Of a DNA stretch of 64,000 nt, positions 21,515 through 35,080 are shown piece by piece. The stretch's first letter is position 1; each line of letters begins with the position of its first letter. The stretch is taken from positions 3,038,001 through 3,102,000 of the forward strand of contig CATNEN010000005.1 in NCBI GenBank assembly GCA_950097015.1, in the 5' to 3' direction. The translations under genes were made by a program, and so were the position numbers. A model generated the notes under the pieces. That model worked only from the letters and a program-made list of their open reading frames with translations, had not been told where the DNA came from and made no database searches. The DNA is from Macrostomum hystrix (lineage: Eukaryota; Animalia; Platyhelminthes).

Positions 21515-24451
21515 TTAGAATGCACCTTTCTTCACCGTGGTCTCCATCATATTGACGCTAATCTCGTAAAACACATAGGGATGATAAGCCTGCTGAGCTG
21601 GCATCAGGCCGGGCACCTCCGCGCCGCCCATCTCAACCGGAGCTCCGCCCATGTGGTCCAGATAGCGATATGTGCTGGCCAGGGTGTCCCGCAACTTCTT
21701 GACCGTCTTCCGGTTCGGCCGCATCAGCACAGCCTGCGGTTGGGATTTAAGATTTTTGTTAGAACTCGGGATTCGGTGTGGGACAATAGGATGGGATTCG
21801 GTGTGGTATGCTGGATAGGATTTGGTGTGGGATGCTGGATAATATTCGGTGTGGGATAACTGGATAGGATTCGTGTGGGATATTAGGATGGGATTCGGTG
21901 TGGGATAATTGGATGGGATTCGGTGTGGGATAATTGGATGGGATTCGGTGTGGGATAATTGGATGGGATTCGGTGTGGGACAATAGGATGGGATTCGGTG
22001 TGGTATGCTGGATAGAAGGATTTGGTGTGGGATGCTGGATAGGATTCGTGTGGGATAACTGGATAGGATTCGTGTGGGATATAAGGATGGGATTCGGTGT
22101 GGGATAATTGGATGGGATTCGGTGTGGGATAATTGGATGGGATTCGGTGTGGGATATCAGGATGGGATTTGGTGTGGGATATCAGGATAGTATTTGGTGT
22201 GGGATTTTATGATGGGATTCGGTGCGGGATAACTGGATTGGATTTGGTACAAAGCCAGGTAGATAAGCAGACCTGGAAGTTGACAGGTAGTCCATAGCGC
22301 AGCACGGACTCAACAAACACCCTGAGCGCTTTGATGTGTATCCAGGCGATGAATGACTCGGAGAAGTTCACGGTCAGCCAACGGACCAGCGGCGCATACT
22401 GGCGCTGCTTGTCGTCAGCTAGTCGGGCGCGCTCGTTCTTGGACGCCTGCAGGCTGTTCTCGTCATAGGTGAAGTCGCGCACCATGAATTTGTTCTCGCG
22501 GCATTTGTGCTTGAAATCGTCTTGACACTTGCGGAATAAAGTAGCCGTCACCAGCATGTGATCCGAGTCCTGAGCAGCAGCGGGCTCATTGTGATAATCC
22601 CTCCTCCACATAGTGAGTTCGATAATCCCTTCTTCCGTAGGTGAGTTCGACAATCCCTTCTCCCCAAGGCGAGTTCGATAATCCATTCTTCTCAAAAAAT
22701 ACCAAGGTGAGTTCGATAATCCCTTCTTATCAAAGAATCCCAAGGCGAGTTCGATAATCCCTTCTCTCCTAGGTGAGTTCGATAATCCCTTCTTATCAAA
22801 GAATCCCAAGGCGAGTTCGATAATCCCTTCTCTCCTAGGTGAGTTCGATAATCCCTTCTCGCCGAGGCGAGTTCGATAATCCCTTGTCTCCGAGGGGAGT
22901 TCGATAATCCCTTCTCTCCAAAGTGAGTTCAATAATCCCTTCTTCCCAAAGAATCCCAAGGTGAGTTCGATAATCCCTTCTCGCCGAGGCGAGTTCGATA
23001 ATCCCTTGTCTCCGAGGGGAGTTCGATAATCCCTTCTCTCTGAAGTGAGTTCGATAATCCTTTCTTCCCAAAGAATCCCAAGGTGAGTTCGATAATCCCT
23101 TCTTATCAAAGAATCCCAAGGCGAGTTCGATAATCCCTTCTCTCCTAGGTGAGTTCGATAATCCATTCTTATCAAAGAATCCCAAGGCGAGTTCGATAAT
23201 CCCTTCTCTCCTAGGTGAGTTCGATAATCCCTTCTCGCCGAGGCGAGTTCGATAATCCCTTGTCTCCGAGGGGAGTTCGATAATCCCTTCTCTCCGAAGT
23301 GAGTTCGATAATCCCTTCTTCCCAAAGAATCCCAAGGTGAGTCCGACAATACCTTCTGCCCAAGATAAGTTCGATAATCCTCTCTGCTCAAGGTGAGTTC
23401 GATAATCCCTTTCCTCGCCAACGGGAGTTCGATAATCCCTTCTTCCCAAGATAAGTTCGATAATCCCCTCTGCTCAAGGTGAGTTCGATAATCATTTTCC
23501 CTCAAACTGTTCAGTTCGAAAATCTCTTTTCAACTGGATGAATTTAACTATCCCTTCCAATCAATTCGATAAGGGACTCGATAATCCCTTCATCCATTCC
23601 ATAATCCATCATCTTATAAAATCATTAATACATTGATAATGTTAGTAAGATAATCGCTTCTCCCTCAGGTTGGTTTAACAATAACCTTACTGAATTTGAT
23701 AATCCCTTATCCATCAAGTAGATTTATGTACGATAATCCCTACCCAATATAAGAATTCCGATAAACTTGCACAACTTCATTAATAAAAGAGATCAATTTG
23801 CACACAAACCTGAGTAACAAGCTGCGAACTTCTTGGTACAACGAACTCGGCCAAGCGCTCGTACTTCAGCCACCAGTCGTTGGCCATAGACAATGGAACT
23901 ACGACCAGCAGAGTGACCAAGTACTCGCTATCCATAACAAAGTGTTCGCGTTTAACTAATCCACCAAGATTCTTTGTCATCAAACTGCCGGTCTCTTTGC
24001 GATCCAACTGGCTTAGATTGTTCTTCAAGTCCAAATAGTTCTTGGCTCGAGTCTTCAAATCGGCTTCAATTTTAGCCACTTGGCCAACTATGATATCTGT
24101 CAGGCTGGGCAGAGGCTGCTTTGGCGGATATTTGCCAGTCTCCCAGGTGAATCTTGTCAGATAAGATTCTAGATCCAGGCCGTTCACTTTCAGACTCTCC
24201 TGAAGCTTGGCTTGGCCGCCTTCGAGGACGTCACTAAGGACACTGACAACCCGGCGCGTTGTTGCCTCGCAGAATGTGTCGTGCTTGGCTAACTCATCAG
24301 ATAGGCCAACTAGAACATCGAGGGTGCCAACTTTCAGTTCTGGGGTGTTAAACTTCCAGTTGACAGACAGGGTGCTCGTGATGGCGTTAAGCTTGTCAAA
24401 GGCCTGCTGTGGCGTCTTCTCGCCAGGCAGTGAGATAAGCCAATAGTCCAT
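21515..24451 (-). CDS. ATP6V1C: V-type H+ ATPase subunit C, about 385 aa; exons 24451-23810, 22569-22273, 21733-21515
   Basis: [16 protein letters not shown]...[18 protein letters not shown]...VPRSS; [39 protein letters not shown]; YHPYVFYEI. Two phase-0 GT-AG introns; total 1158 nt. Confidence 0.96.
21765..22245 (+). repeat. 25-bp minisatellite GGATGGGATTCGGTGTGGGATAATT (ATP6V1C intron 2)
   Basis: Tandem diverged copies fill the intron. Confidence 0.9.
22590..23500 (+). repeat. About 24-30-bp minisatellite built on GAGTTCGATAATCCCTTC (ATP6V1C intron 1)
   Basis: Recurring core with variable linkers and larger block duplications. Confidence 0.9.
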
Positions 24452-26275
24452 GAGGATTTGTTGTTTTATGGGAACTTTGATAATGCTTCAAGTTATGTGT
24501 AATTATTTGCCTAATATAAAGCACTGAAAAATAAAAGATGAAAATTTTAATAAATACTTTTTGAAAACAATATATGTTTGCATTGAATGCTGTAGATTAT
24601 CATTTTCAGCAAAAATTGTACATAATGGTAAAGGATTCACATTTAATATGAAGAATAGCCAAATTCTTTATAATTAAAAAAGATAAAATACTAAATGTAG
24701 CACCATTTATTTATACATTATATATAATGTTTTAAGTTGAATAGCTAACAGGTGGGCATATCTTAAAAAGAGATAATTTATGATATACATAAATGATAAC
24801 AACCCAAAGACTATCTTAATAACAGTTAAAAAAATTATCGGTAATAGCTAAGTTGCAAAATTTTACCAACTTGAGTAAAAAATCAAAAGGAGACCTGAGA
24901 AAAATAAAAACAATGGAAGCAAAGAAAACAGAAAGGAGAAGAAGTTAACAGAAAGAGGTTAAGAAAGAGAAGACGAAACTGAGAAAACAGTAAAGGATTT
25001 TTTGGGGCAAGCAGAAAATAATTGGAACTTTTTTTGCAAAGAAACTGACAAGGCGACGATAAAATTTAAAGTAAAACTAAGTCACAAATAAAACAAAGAA
25101 ATAAACAAGGTCACTTAAGCCATAGGGAAGGAAACTAAGTGACAAATATAAACTAGTAAGTCTCAGTTGAGCGAACTAAAGTTCTTTATGTTATTTTCAG
25201 CAATCCACTGCTTGTACAGCTAGGCAAGGGTTAGCTGCTATTTCTTTTGAATATTCGTTGGCGTTTAGCCAACTGAATTCTGTGAGTTTACTGAAAATTC
25301 TAGGCATCTCATTTCACTTTGAGTTGCTGGTAACCTAGCAGAAGCAAATTCTAATGCACATGTGAAGGAACATTAAAAATTGTAATAATTTACAATTTAG
25401 TATTACGAATAGTTTCAGCTAACTAAACTTAGACGAGAAAGAATAGATACTCCTATATTTTATTGGAGTGTTTCGTAGAAAACGTAAACATCATATTATT
25501 AAAAATTATCAGTGACACAGAGTAAAACACTACTGATAATTTAAATCCAAAAAAATGTATTAAAGTTGAATATTTGCTTCACAAAGGCGAGAAAGTTATT
25601 TTTAAACTACATATTTTTTCACAATATTTAACCTTAAGAAATTCTATGCTTTTAAGCTATAGCGACAAATATTTTAAATTCACATTTTGACCCTTAATTT
25701 TTATCAAATTATACGTTCGGATGTGCTCGTGCTCATTGTTATCAAATTTAAACTAATTTCAGACTCTCCTTCTGAGGTGTCTCTTTTCAGATTTCAAGAA
25801 TTAAAAATTTATATGTGAAAATTTTAGGTAATAATATAGGAAGTTATTTACTTTACTTTACAAGCGTATGTGCTTTACGTTTTTGGCTGAATTAAAAGTA
25901 TATTGACATGGCACTGACTAGCAGAGCTTAGGGACTAAAGTACAAAATATTTATATGCCTTTAATATAATTTAATAGTATCTAGTAAATCTGCTGTATAT
26001 AAATCTGCAGGACTAAAACTTTATGATGTCAAAAAGTACATTTGAAGCAAGGTCATTTCTTTTAAAAAAATGTTGCGGAATAATATGTAGATATTTTATT
26101 ATATACTTTGGTAATGCGTTTCCACTAGTTCCTCTTGTTCTTTGCATAACAACAATAAACAAAAATAGTGGCTGCAATGGTATACTTTTTCGGAACATTT
26201 TGTTCCCATATACAAAGCTATATAACATTCTGCAACAAAGCATTTAAATTACAAAAAATTGCAGCAACTATAATT

Positions 26276-29200
26276 ATGACATCTACACTAGACAGCATTC
26301 GCCCGCCACCCACTCTGCCTCCACTGCGTGGCATTTATGCCGGCAAATACAAAGACAGAAATCCTGATTTGAAGACTGTAAGTTGTAAGATACTTTTTAA
26401 AAAGAAATATTTTTTCCTGTTGATGTTTAATTTTTAATGGCTAATTTCACTGCAGGCCGGAATCGTGAGCGATGTCGGAGGTGACACAGCCGTCACTGCC
26501 ACCAAGGATATCGAACGGGTAAACTTGAAATCCTATATCTCAACATTTTACGGTCTGGATAGACATGAGACACAGGAGAGATGAGACACCGGAGAGACGA
26601 GACGAGGGAGAGATGAGACACGGGAGAGATGAGACACGGGAAAGATGAGACACCGGAGAGACGAGACGAGGGAGAGATGAGACACGGGAGAGATGAGACA
26701 CGGGAAAGATGAGACACCGGAGAGACGAGACACGGGAGAGATGAGACACGGGAGAGATGAGACACGGGAGAGATGAGACACGGGAGAGATGAGGCACGGG
26801 AGAGATAATACACGGGAGAGATGAGACACGGGAGAGATGAGACACGGGAAAGATGAGACACCGGAGAGACGAGACGAGGGAGAGATGAGACACGGGAGAG
26901 ATGAGACATGGGAAAGATGAGACACCGGAGAGACGAGTCGAGGGAGAGATGAGATACGGGAGAGATGAGACACGGGAGAGATGAGACATGGGAAAGATGA
27001 GACACGGGAGAGACGAGTCGAGGGAGAGATGAGACACGGGAGAGATGAGACACGGGAGAGATGAGGCACGGGAGAGATGAGACACGGGAGAGATGAGGCA
27101 CGGGAGAGATAATACACGGGAGAGATGAGACACGGGAGAGATGAGACACGGGAAAGATGAGACACCGGAGAGACGAGACGAGGGAGAGATGAGACACGGG
27201 AGAGATGAGACATGGGAAAGATGAGACACCGGAGAGACGAGTCGAGGGAGAGATGAGATACGGGAGAGATGAGACACGGGAGAGATGAGACATGGGAAAG
27301 ATGAGACACGGGAGAGACGAGTCGAGGGAGAGATGAGACACGGGAGAGATGAGACACGGGAGAGATGAGGCACGGGAGAGATAATACACGGGAGAGATGA
27401 GACACGGGAGAGATGAGACACGGGAGAGATGAGGCACGGGAGAGATAATACACGGGAGAGATGAGACACGGGAGAGATGAGGCACGGGAGAGATAATACA
27501 CGGGAGAGATGAGACACGGGAGAGATGAGGCACGGGAGAGATAATACACGGGAGAGATGAGACACGGGAGAGATGAGACACTGGAGTGATAAGACATGGG
27601 AGAGATGAAAATCGCTGGAGAAATAATAGGGGAACAGGAGAGATGAGACACGGGAGAAAATTACACGGGGTTAGTTGCTGCCCTGCTGGCCAAATTGTGT
27701 TATTTTTAAACTACTTTTATCATAATCACTCAGTAGTATGCTTCGAATGTTTCTTAAAATCGTTAATTCTAAAAAATCACTTCGAATTCAGCCCGAATCA
27801 CCGGAGGCGACAAAAAAATTTCATCGCACTTTCCGTTCCGAGCCTGGACAAAGAATCGTTTTCTACGGCAAAGCGCACGACCCGCATCTGCGCTGGGCTG
27901 AGGGCATGACGCACGGTGTCAAGTATCCGCAAGGGTGAGATTGTTGAATACCTTTTTGCCTGTTTTTCTTTCTCCACTTTTTATTTTTACTCTATTTGTT
28001 GAAGTTGTCACTGTTCAACTTTCTCATTCTGTTGCTTACGCTCGTACTTGTCCTCATACCGGTTGATCACCTGTTCTCATTCCGGTCGCTCACCTGTTCT
28101 CATACCTTGTTATACAATTCTCATACCTGTTGCTCGCCTGTTATCATTCCTGTTGCTCACATGTTCTCATACCGGTTGCTCACCTGTTCTCATACGTGTT
28201 GCTCACCTGATCTTATACCTGTTGCTCACCTGATGTTGTACCTGTTGCTCACCTGTTCTCATACCTGTTGCTCACATTTTCTCATTTCTGTTGCTCACCT
28301 GTTCTCCTACCTGTTGCGCACCTGTTCGTTCCGCAGGGAGGGCGCCGGAGGTTTGTTGAACCCGCAGCCGCTGACATTCTATCAGCAGCGCTTCATGGAT
28401 CGCCTGGAGGCGTCCCAGGTGAACGCCAAGAAGCGCCCGTTGGGCCGATGCCCAGACGGTCGAGAGCTGGGGCTGCTGCCGAAGAATTTGGACAAGTCCA
28501 ACACCACCTTCGGCATCACGGTGGAGAAGAGTGAGTTTTTGGTTTCAGATTGTCCCGTTATCAGCAACTGTAGTCGGCATAAAATTCCAAACATTCTAAA
28601 GTGCATTAAATATCCAAGTATTTAAAATAATTCCTAGCCAGTTACAAGTCACATATCCCGAATCAGCTACAGTTATCCGCAAATCAGATACAATTATCCC
28701 CAAATCAGCTACAATTATCCCCAAATCAGATTCAATTATCCCCAAATCAGCTACAATTATCCCCAAATCAGATTAAATTATCCCCAAATCAGCTACAATT
28801 ATCCCCAAATCAGATACAATTATCCCCGAATCAGCTACAGTTATCGAAAAATTAGCTACAATGATCCCAAAATCACCTACAATTATCCCCGAAATCAGCT
28901 ACAATTTATCCCAAAATCAGATACAGTTATCTCTAATTCAGCTGCAATCATCCCAAAATCAGATACAATTATCCCAAAATATGCTACAATTATCCCCAAA
29001 TCAGATATTCTTATATTATATTGAGCAGTAGCTTTTCTTAAAGCATCATTAAAATTCCTTGAAAATTTAAATATTCATGACTAATAACTACGTTAAGCTT
29101 TGCGCACAACATCCCAAAAATATCCCCTATTGTCCGCCACTTCCCCAGTCGGCACAGCCGGTGAGCTACTAAATCCTTCCGCATCGCCGATCGATCTGGC

Positions 29201-32200
29201 AACCGAGGCCGCTGCGGACGCCAACACCTACCTAGTGTCGCACAAGGCGCTTCTATCAGGCGAACAGGCCAGCCGCGGCTATCGCTGGCGACCCGCTGAC
29301 GACGAAGGCGCCAAACGGTGGGGCAAGCCGACGCCGCACGACAACGCCGGCGGTGGCACCCACAAGTGCATGACCTGGATTGGCGACGAGGCGGCCGCGC
29401 GTCGCGAAGCTCTAGTTGAGAAGAGGCTGGACAATTTTTGGGAGAGAACTCAGCCGCAGCTGGGCAAGACGCTTGATCCGTGAGTAGCTATGCTCACTTG
29501 TTCAGATTTATCCTCAAGTTCAGATGAATCCACAAATAAAAATTAATATTTATCCCAAAATTCTTTTCTATCCCGAAATTATTTTTATCCCAAAATTCAT
29601 ATTTATCCCAAAATTCATATTCATCTCAAAATTCATATTTATCCTAAAATTCATATTTATCCCAAAATTCATATTTATCCCAAAAAGTCATATTTATCCT
29701 AAAATTCATATTTATCCCAAAATTCATATTTATCCCAAAAATTCATATTTATCCTAAAATTCATATTTATCCCAAAAATTCATATTATTAAAATCTTCCA
29801 CTCCCCTATCCAGCATCAAGGACACCATGAAGGTGCCGCAGGATCACACCTTCGGTGTGCTGCACAAGCCGGATCCGTACGGCGTTGGCGACCTCCTTCA
29901 CGGCCGAGCTCCAAAGCACTTCCTCCGGGGCCAGGACCGCAGGAGAGCACTGGTTGCTGCGCTCAGAACCCAGCTCAAGACCATGAACTACGAGAGATTC
30001 AAGGACCTAGCCGATGCGTTCCGATTCTACGACAAGTCCGGCTCCGGGAAGCTCAGCGCTGACGACATTCGCAGAGCCTGCCGCGAGATGAGCGTGCCGT
30101 TGGATGACTCCCTGCTGGAGCAGCTGATCGACTTCTGCGACGTTGACAGGGACGGCTTCATCGACTACAATGAGTTTGCAAACTTCCTGAACTGGCGGGA
30201 CCTCAGTGAGTTGACTGTTCATGAATCCTCCTTTCTCATATTCCAAACTGTAGAATCCCCATCCCTGATATCCCAAACTGTAGAATCCCCATCTTTGATA
30301 TCCCAAACTGTAGAATCCTCATCTCTGATATCCCAAACTGTAGAATCCTCATCTTTGATATCCCAAACTGTAGAATCCTCATCTTTGATATCCCAAACTG
30401 TAGAATCCTCATCTCTGATATCCCAAACTGTAGAATCCTCATCTCTGATATCCCAAACTGTAGAATCCTCATCTCTGATATCCCAAACTGTAGAATCCTC
30501 ATCTCTGATATCCCAAACTGTAGAATCCTCATCTCTGATATCCCAAACTGTAGAATCCTCATCTCTGATATCCCAAACTGTAGAATCCTCATCTTTGATA
30601 TCCCAAACTGTAGAATCCTCATCTCTGATATCCCAAACTGTAGAATCCTCATCTCTGATATCCCAAACTGTAGAATCCTCATCTCTGATATCCCAAACTG
30701 TAGAATCCTCATCTCTGATATCCCAAACTGTAGAATCCTCATCTTTGATATCCCAAACTGTAGAATCCTCATCTCTGATATCCCAAACTGTAGAATCCTC
30801 ATCTCTGATATCCCAAACTGTAGAATCCTCATCTCTGATATCCCAAACTGTAGAATCCACATTTCTGATAACCCAAACTGTAGAATCCTCATCTTTGATA
30901 TCCCAAACTGTAGAATCCACATTTCTGATAACCCAAACTGTAGAATCCTCATCTCTGATATCCCAAACTGTAGAATCCTCATCTTTGATATCCCAAACTG
31001 TCGAATCCTCATCTTTGATATCCCAAACTGTAGAATCCTCATCTTTGATATCCCAAACTGTAGAATCCTCATCTCTGATATCCCAAACTGTAGAATCCTC
31101 ATCTCTGATATCCCAAACTGTAGAATCCTCATCTCTGATATCCCAAACTGTAGAATCCACATTTCTGATAACCCAAACTGTAGAATCCTCATCTTTGATA
31201 TCCCAAACTGTAGAATCCACATTTCTGATAACCCAAACTGTAGAATCCTCATCTCTGATATCCCAAACTGTAGAATCCTCATCTTTGATATCCCAAACTG
31301 TAGAATCCTCATCTCTCATATCCCAAACTGTAGAATCCTCATCTTTGATATCCCAAACTGTAGAATCCACATTTCTGATAACCCAAACTGTAGAATCCTC
31401 ATCTCTGATATCCCAAACTGTAGAATCCTCATCTTTGATATCCCAAACTGTAGAATCCTCATCTCTGATATCCCAAACTGTAGAATCCACATTTCTGATA
31501 ACCCAAACTGTAGAATCCTCATCTTTGATATCCCAAACTGTAGAATCCTCATCTCTGATATCCCAAACTGTAGAATCCTCATCTCTGATATCCCAAACTG
31601 TAGAATCCTCATCTCTGATATCCCAAACTGTAGAATCCACATTTCTGATAACCCAAACTGTAGAATCCTCATCTTTGATATCCCAAACTGTAGAATCCAC
31701 ATTTCTGATAACCCAAACTGTAGAATCCTCATCTCTGATATCCCAAACTGTAGAATCCTCATCTTTGATATCCCAAACTGTAGAATCCTCATCTCTCATA
31801 TCCCAAACTGTAGAATCCTCATCTTTGATATCCCAAACTGTAGAATCCACATTTCTGATAACCCAAACTGTAGAATCCTCATCTCTGATATCCCAAACTG
31901 TAGAATCCTCATCTTTGATATCCCAAACTGTAGAATCCTCATCTCTGATATCCCAAACTGTAGAATCCACATTTCTGATAACCCAAACTGTAGAATCCTC
32001 ATCTTTGATATCCCAAACTGTAGAATCCTCATCTTTGATATCCCAAACTGTAGAATCCCCCATCCCTGATGGTATAATTCCAATCTTTAAAATTCCATTT
32101 GAGGAATCATGATTTTTTATCCTGAACTATTGTATAGCTTTTGACATTCAAACGTGGTAAATAAAGGAAATAATCTTTCTTTTCTACTTACAGTAAGCTG

Positions 32201-33575
32201 CTCAGGTCCAAATTTTTATGGCTTAGCATGTTAAATCCAATATTAAATTCAATTGTATCGAAACTAGAAAATTTCTATAGAGTCACCTTCTGACTCAGAC
32301 TAATTAGGGCTGGGCTGGGTTGCTCGTGTTTCTTTACCGAAGCAATTTTCTGCTTTCGCGCAGATCAAGCCAAGATGTAGCCTTCTGCAGCGCATGCAAC
32401 TCTGTTGACTCCGGGGCTCTTGCTTAAAGAGAGCATTGCTTCCGCAATTAACTGGATTTGACTAGTAGATAAAAAATTTACGAAAAAATCTTGATTGGCT
32501 TAATTGGGGCTTATAATATTTACTGTGCAGTGAGCAGTGCCTTGGCCTTGGCCTAGTTCAGTTTTGTAGGGCAATACTTTTTTGGCGGATTTGAACTGAA
32601 TAAGAACCAGTCTAACAGGTGAAAAGCCTGCCTGACCCATCTACCCACTGACCCATCTACCCACTGACCCATCTACCCACTGACCCATCTACCCAGTGAC
32701 CCATCTACCCACTGACAAATCTACCCACTGACCCATCTACCCACTGATCCATCTACCCACTGACCCATCTACCCACTGACCCATCTACCCACTGACTCAT
32801 CTACCCAGTGACCCATCTACCCACTGACCCATCTACCCACTGACCCATCTACCCACTGACCCATCTACCCACTGACCCATCTACCCACTGACCCATCTAC
32901 CCACTGACCCATCTACCCACTGACTAATTAACTGACCCACAAAATCCCACAGGTGTTCGCTCCCAGTCGGACTACGGCAAGCCTACGTTAGACTGCGAAA
33001 CCCGCCTCACTCGCCAAATCGACGCTTCCATCGCCGCCCACAAGACCACGAACAGCATGTACTCGGCCGCAGTTGGTCGCTACGATCCCAACAGGTTTCG
33101 AACCTACGGCTGCGCCACCATCAGGTCGGACTTGCCAGCACCCGCTGTTCGCAGCGTCTCGGACCGGAGGGCCTACGGCAACGAGGGCGACGCTGCGGCC
33201 TGTCTTAACCCCACCATCTTCACGCTGCACGGCGTTTTTGAGCACGATCTCAAAGCGCCGAGAACAGCGCAGGAGGTAACGTACTTGGGAGATCAAGTAG
33301 AAGAATATTGTTGTGTGAATTAGTGGGATCTTGACAGAATCTTGACTGAAGATCAGAATGGATAACATTTCTAGCCCCACCCCACGCCGCAGATCTCTTC
33401 GCTGTTCTCAGCCGCCGGCATCAATCTGGACTCCGGTCTCGTTCGCCGAGCCTTCGAACTGGCTGGGGCTGATCGTCTCGGCGTAGATGATTTTCGACGC
33501 GTCTGGGCCAGGGCAGCCGCTGAAGAGGTGGCCGCGGCTGAGGACGAACGGGCCAGCAAGGGCGGCTGCTGCTAG
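26276..33575 (+). CDS. EFHB: EF-hand domain family member B (CFAP21-like), about 576 aa; exons 26276-26377, 26456-26518, 27792-27934, 28337-28530, 29149-29479, 29814-30205, 32953-33275, 33393-33575
   Basis: Motifs RIVFYGKAHD...HGV, LLNPQPLTFYQQ...PLGR, GKPTPHDNAG, HTFG...YGVGDLLH, paired EF-hands YDKSGSGKLS / CDVDRDGFIDYNEFANFLNW, and TIRSDLPAP...YGNEG match EFHB. All seven junctions are phase-consistent; total 1731 nt. Confidence 0.9.
26562..27600 (+). repeat. 16-bp minisatellite GGGAGAGATGAGACAC (EFHB intron 2)
   Basis: Direct tandem copies; same unit as 40240-40935 on the opposite strand. Confidence 0.95.
28040..28325 (+). repeat. About 23-bp degenerate minisatellite CACCTGTTCTCATACCTGTTGCT (EFHB intron 3)
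   Basis: Tandem degenerate copies up to the acceptor. Confidence 0.8.
28655..29010 (+). repeat. 21-bp minisatellite CAGCTACAATTATCCCCAAAT (EFHB intron 4)
   Basis: Tandem copies. Confidence 0.85.
29545..29790 (+). repeat. 18-19-bp minisatellite TTCATATTTATCCCAAAA (EFHB intron 5)
   Basis: Tandem copies. Confidence 0.85.
30225..32070 (+). repeat. 30-bp minisatellite TCCCAAACTGTAGAATCCTCATCT(C/T)TGATA (EFHB intron 6)
   Basis: About 61 copies, perfectly phased. Confidence 0.97.
32630..32925 (+). repeat. 16-bp minisatellite ACTGACCCATCTACCC (EFHB intron 6, 3' end)
   Basis: About 18 copies ending about 25 nt before the acceptor. Confidence 0.93.
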
Positions 33576-35080
33576 AGTACAGATGTAATTGATTCCAGCT
33601 TTGAATTCGCGCGAAGAAAAACAAATGTAACAACTTAGTTTTTTATTATATTAAAAAAATCGTATTGCAGATCAATAAATTAATAAAATTTTAAACGCGA
33701 ATTCCATTTTTTTGCTTAAAAAATCACAATGCCAGTACCAGTTAAATGAAAGTCGACGTTCAGTTTTATTATAACTCTTGACTCGTCCACTTTGCTAAAT
33801 AAAATGTTTTTAATAAAGTTCATTTGATGGCCTTTTAGTTCATCTCGGCTCCTACAGATTGGTATATGCTATATATGTTAATATGACGAAAATTAAAATA
33901 GGTCATAATAACAAAAAAACTTTAAAAAAATATTTAAGATTATATGCCATTATCTTAAAGCAACATACTATTTTTTGCTTTTGCTCCTGTTTAGTAAAGA
34001 TAATTGTACGGACGCAAAGAAAATATTTTCTAAAATAACCACCGTCAAATTCTTATTTTGTTCAATTTTATCTATCCTCTTATCGCATTGGCAAACAAGG
34101 TGAAAATTCGTGGCTGGTATATTGTTTTTTAAGCTAATAATGTTTCACAAACTTGATATAAACGGATGTAGATTACTAAAATATTTCTCAATTCTTAAAA
34201 GGAAGTCTATGAAATTACAATTTACTTTGTGAAAATGAAGATTCTAAATTTTAATCGACTGTGGAGATTTCTTTTGTGTATTAAAGAAGTGTCAACAAAC
34301 ACAAACACAATGAAATGTTCTTCAATTTAAAAATAATTTTTTTAATTTTAAGATTTAAAAAATCGTAAAAAATGTAGGAGAAAGTTTTTTGAGCGTTTGG
34401 TGACCGACTGTACTTCATTGCATAATTCGTAAATGAACTTTTTAAGTTGTAGATCTGAAGGTCGCGTCCTATCACGCTTACGTAGCGTGACGAATTGTCA
34501 AATTGAATAATTATACCAGAATATACAAGTGTACATCACGTGACTCTGTTGTACGGAAGCTATCGCATAATAGATCACGTGGCGCAAAGATTATTTCATC
34601 GAAAGCATTGCGTTACGTGATGTTTTGGCATCGAGTGCTAAGCCCTGCGGTGCATAAATAAGATTTAAGACGATAACAGAACGTTTATAATGGATGCGCA
34701 ACAATTCTAACAAAATAGCGAAGCAGGTGATCCAGAAAACCTACGTGTTTTACTCGTACTTATTTGCATAGCGACCAACTAGATTTTCGACTTCAATTTA
34801 TTGAAGTGAACAAATAAATTATTTATTAACAAAAAGTTACTTTAATAATCAACAAACCGTGTACAATAATGAAAATCGATAATGCTGTTTTTATTGGCAG
34901 TTTTAATCAGTGTTATCTGGAGCCCAAATGGTCTAATAAACAATTTAATCGATTTTAATTTTAGGTCGCGTTCTAATTCCGAGGCAAATTCAATAAAATA
35001 TTTTAATATCACAATAGCAGAACACAAACATCAAGGATAAATTGCACAGAATTCAATAAAGCTTGGGATGTCTCAGCCTT

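Noticed and set aside
22207-23505. 432-aa ORF fused to ATP6V1C exon 2
   Set aside because: The conserved protein is recovered by splicing 23810 to 22569 (TQ|DSDH); the upstream part is intronic repeat.
26493-27651. Three 340-370-aa SHLSRVSSLPCLISPV ORFs (also 40137-41058, 41321-42695, 48111-48750, 55862-56742)
   Set aside because: These are translations of CT-rich minisatellites that simply lack stop codons; they are open in several frames at once.
30219-32083. Antisense repeat ORFs (DSTVWDIRDE, MRILQFGISE)
   Set aside because: They are other frames of the 30-bp array and have no non-repetitive coding context.
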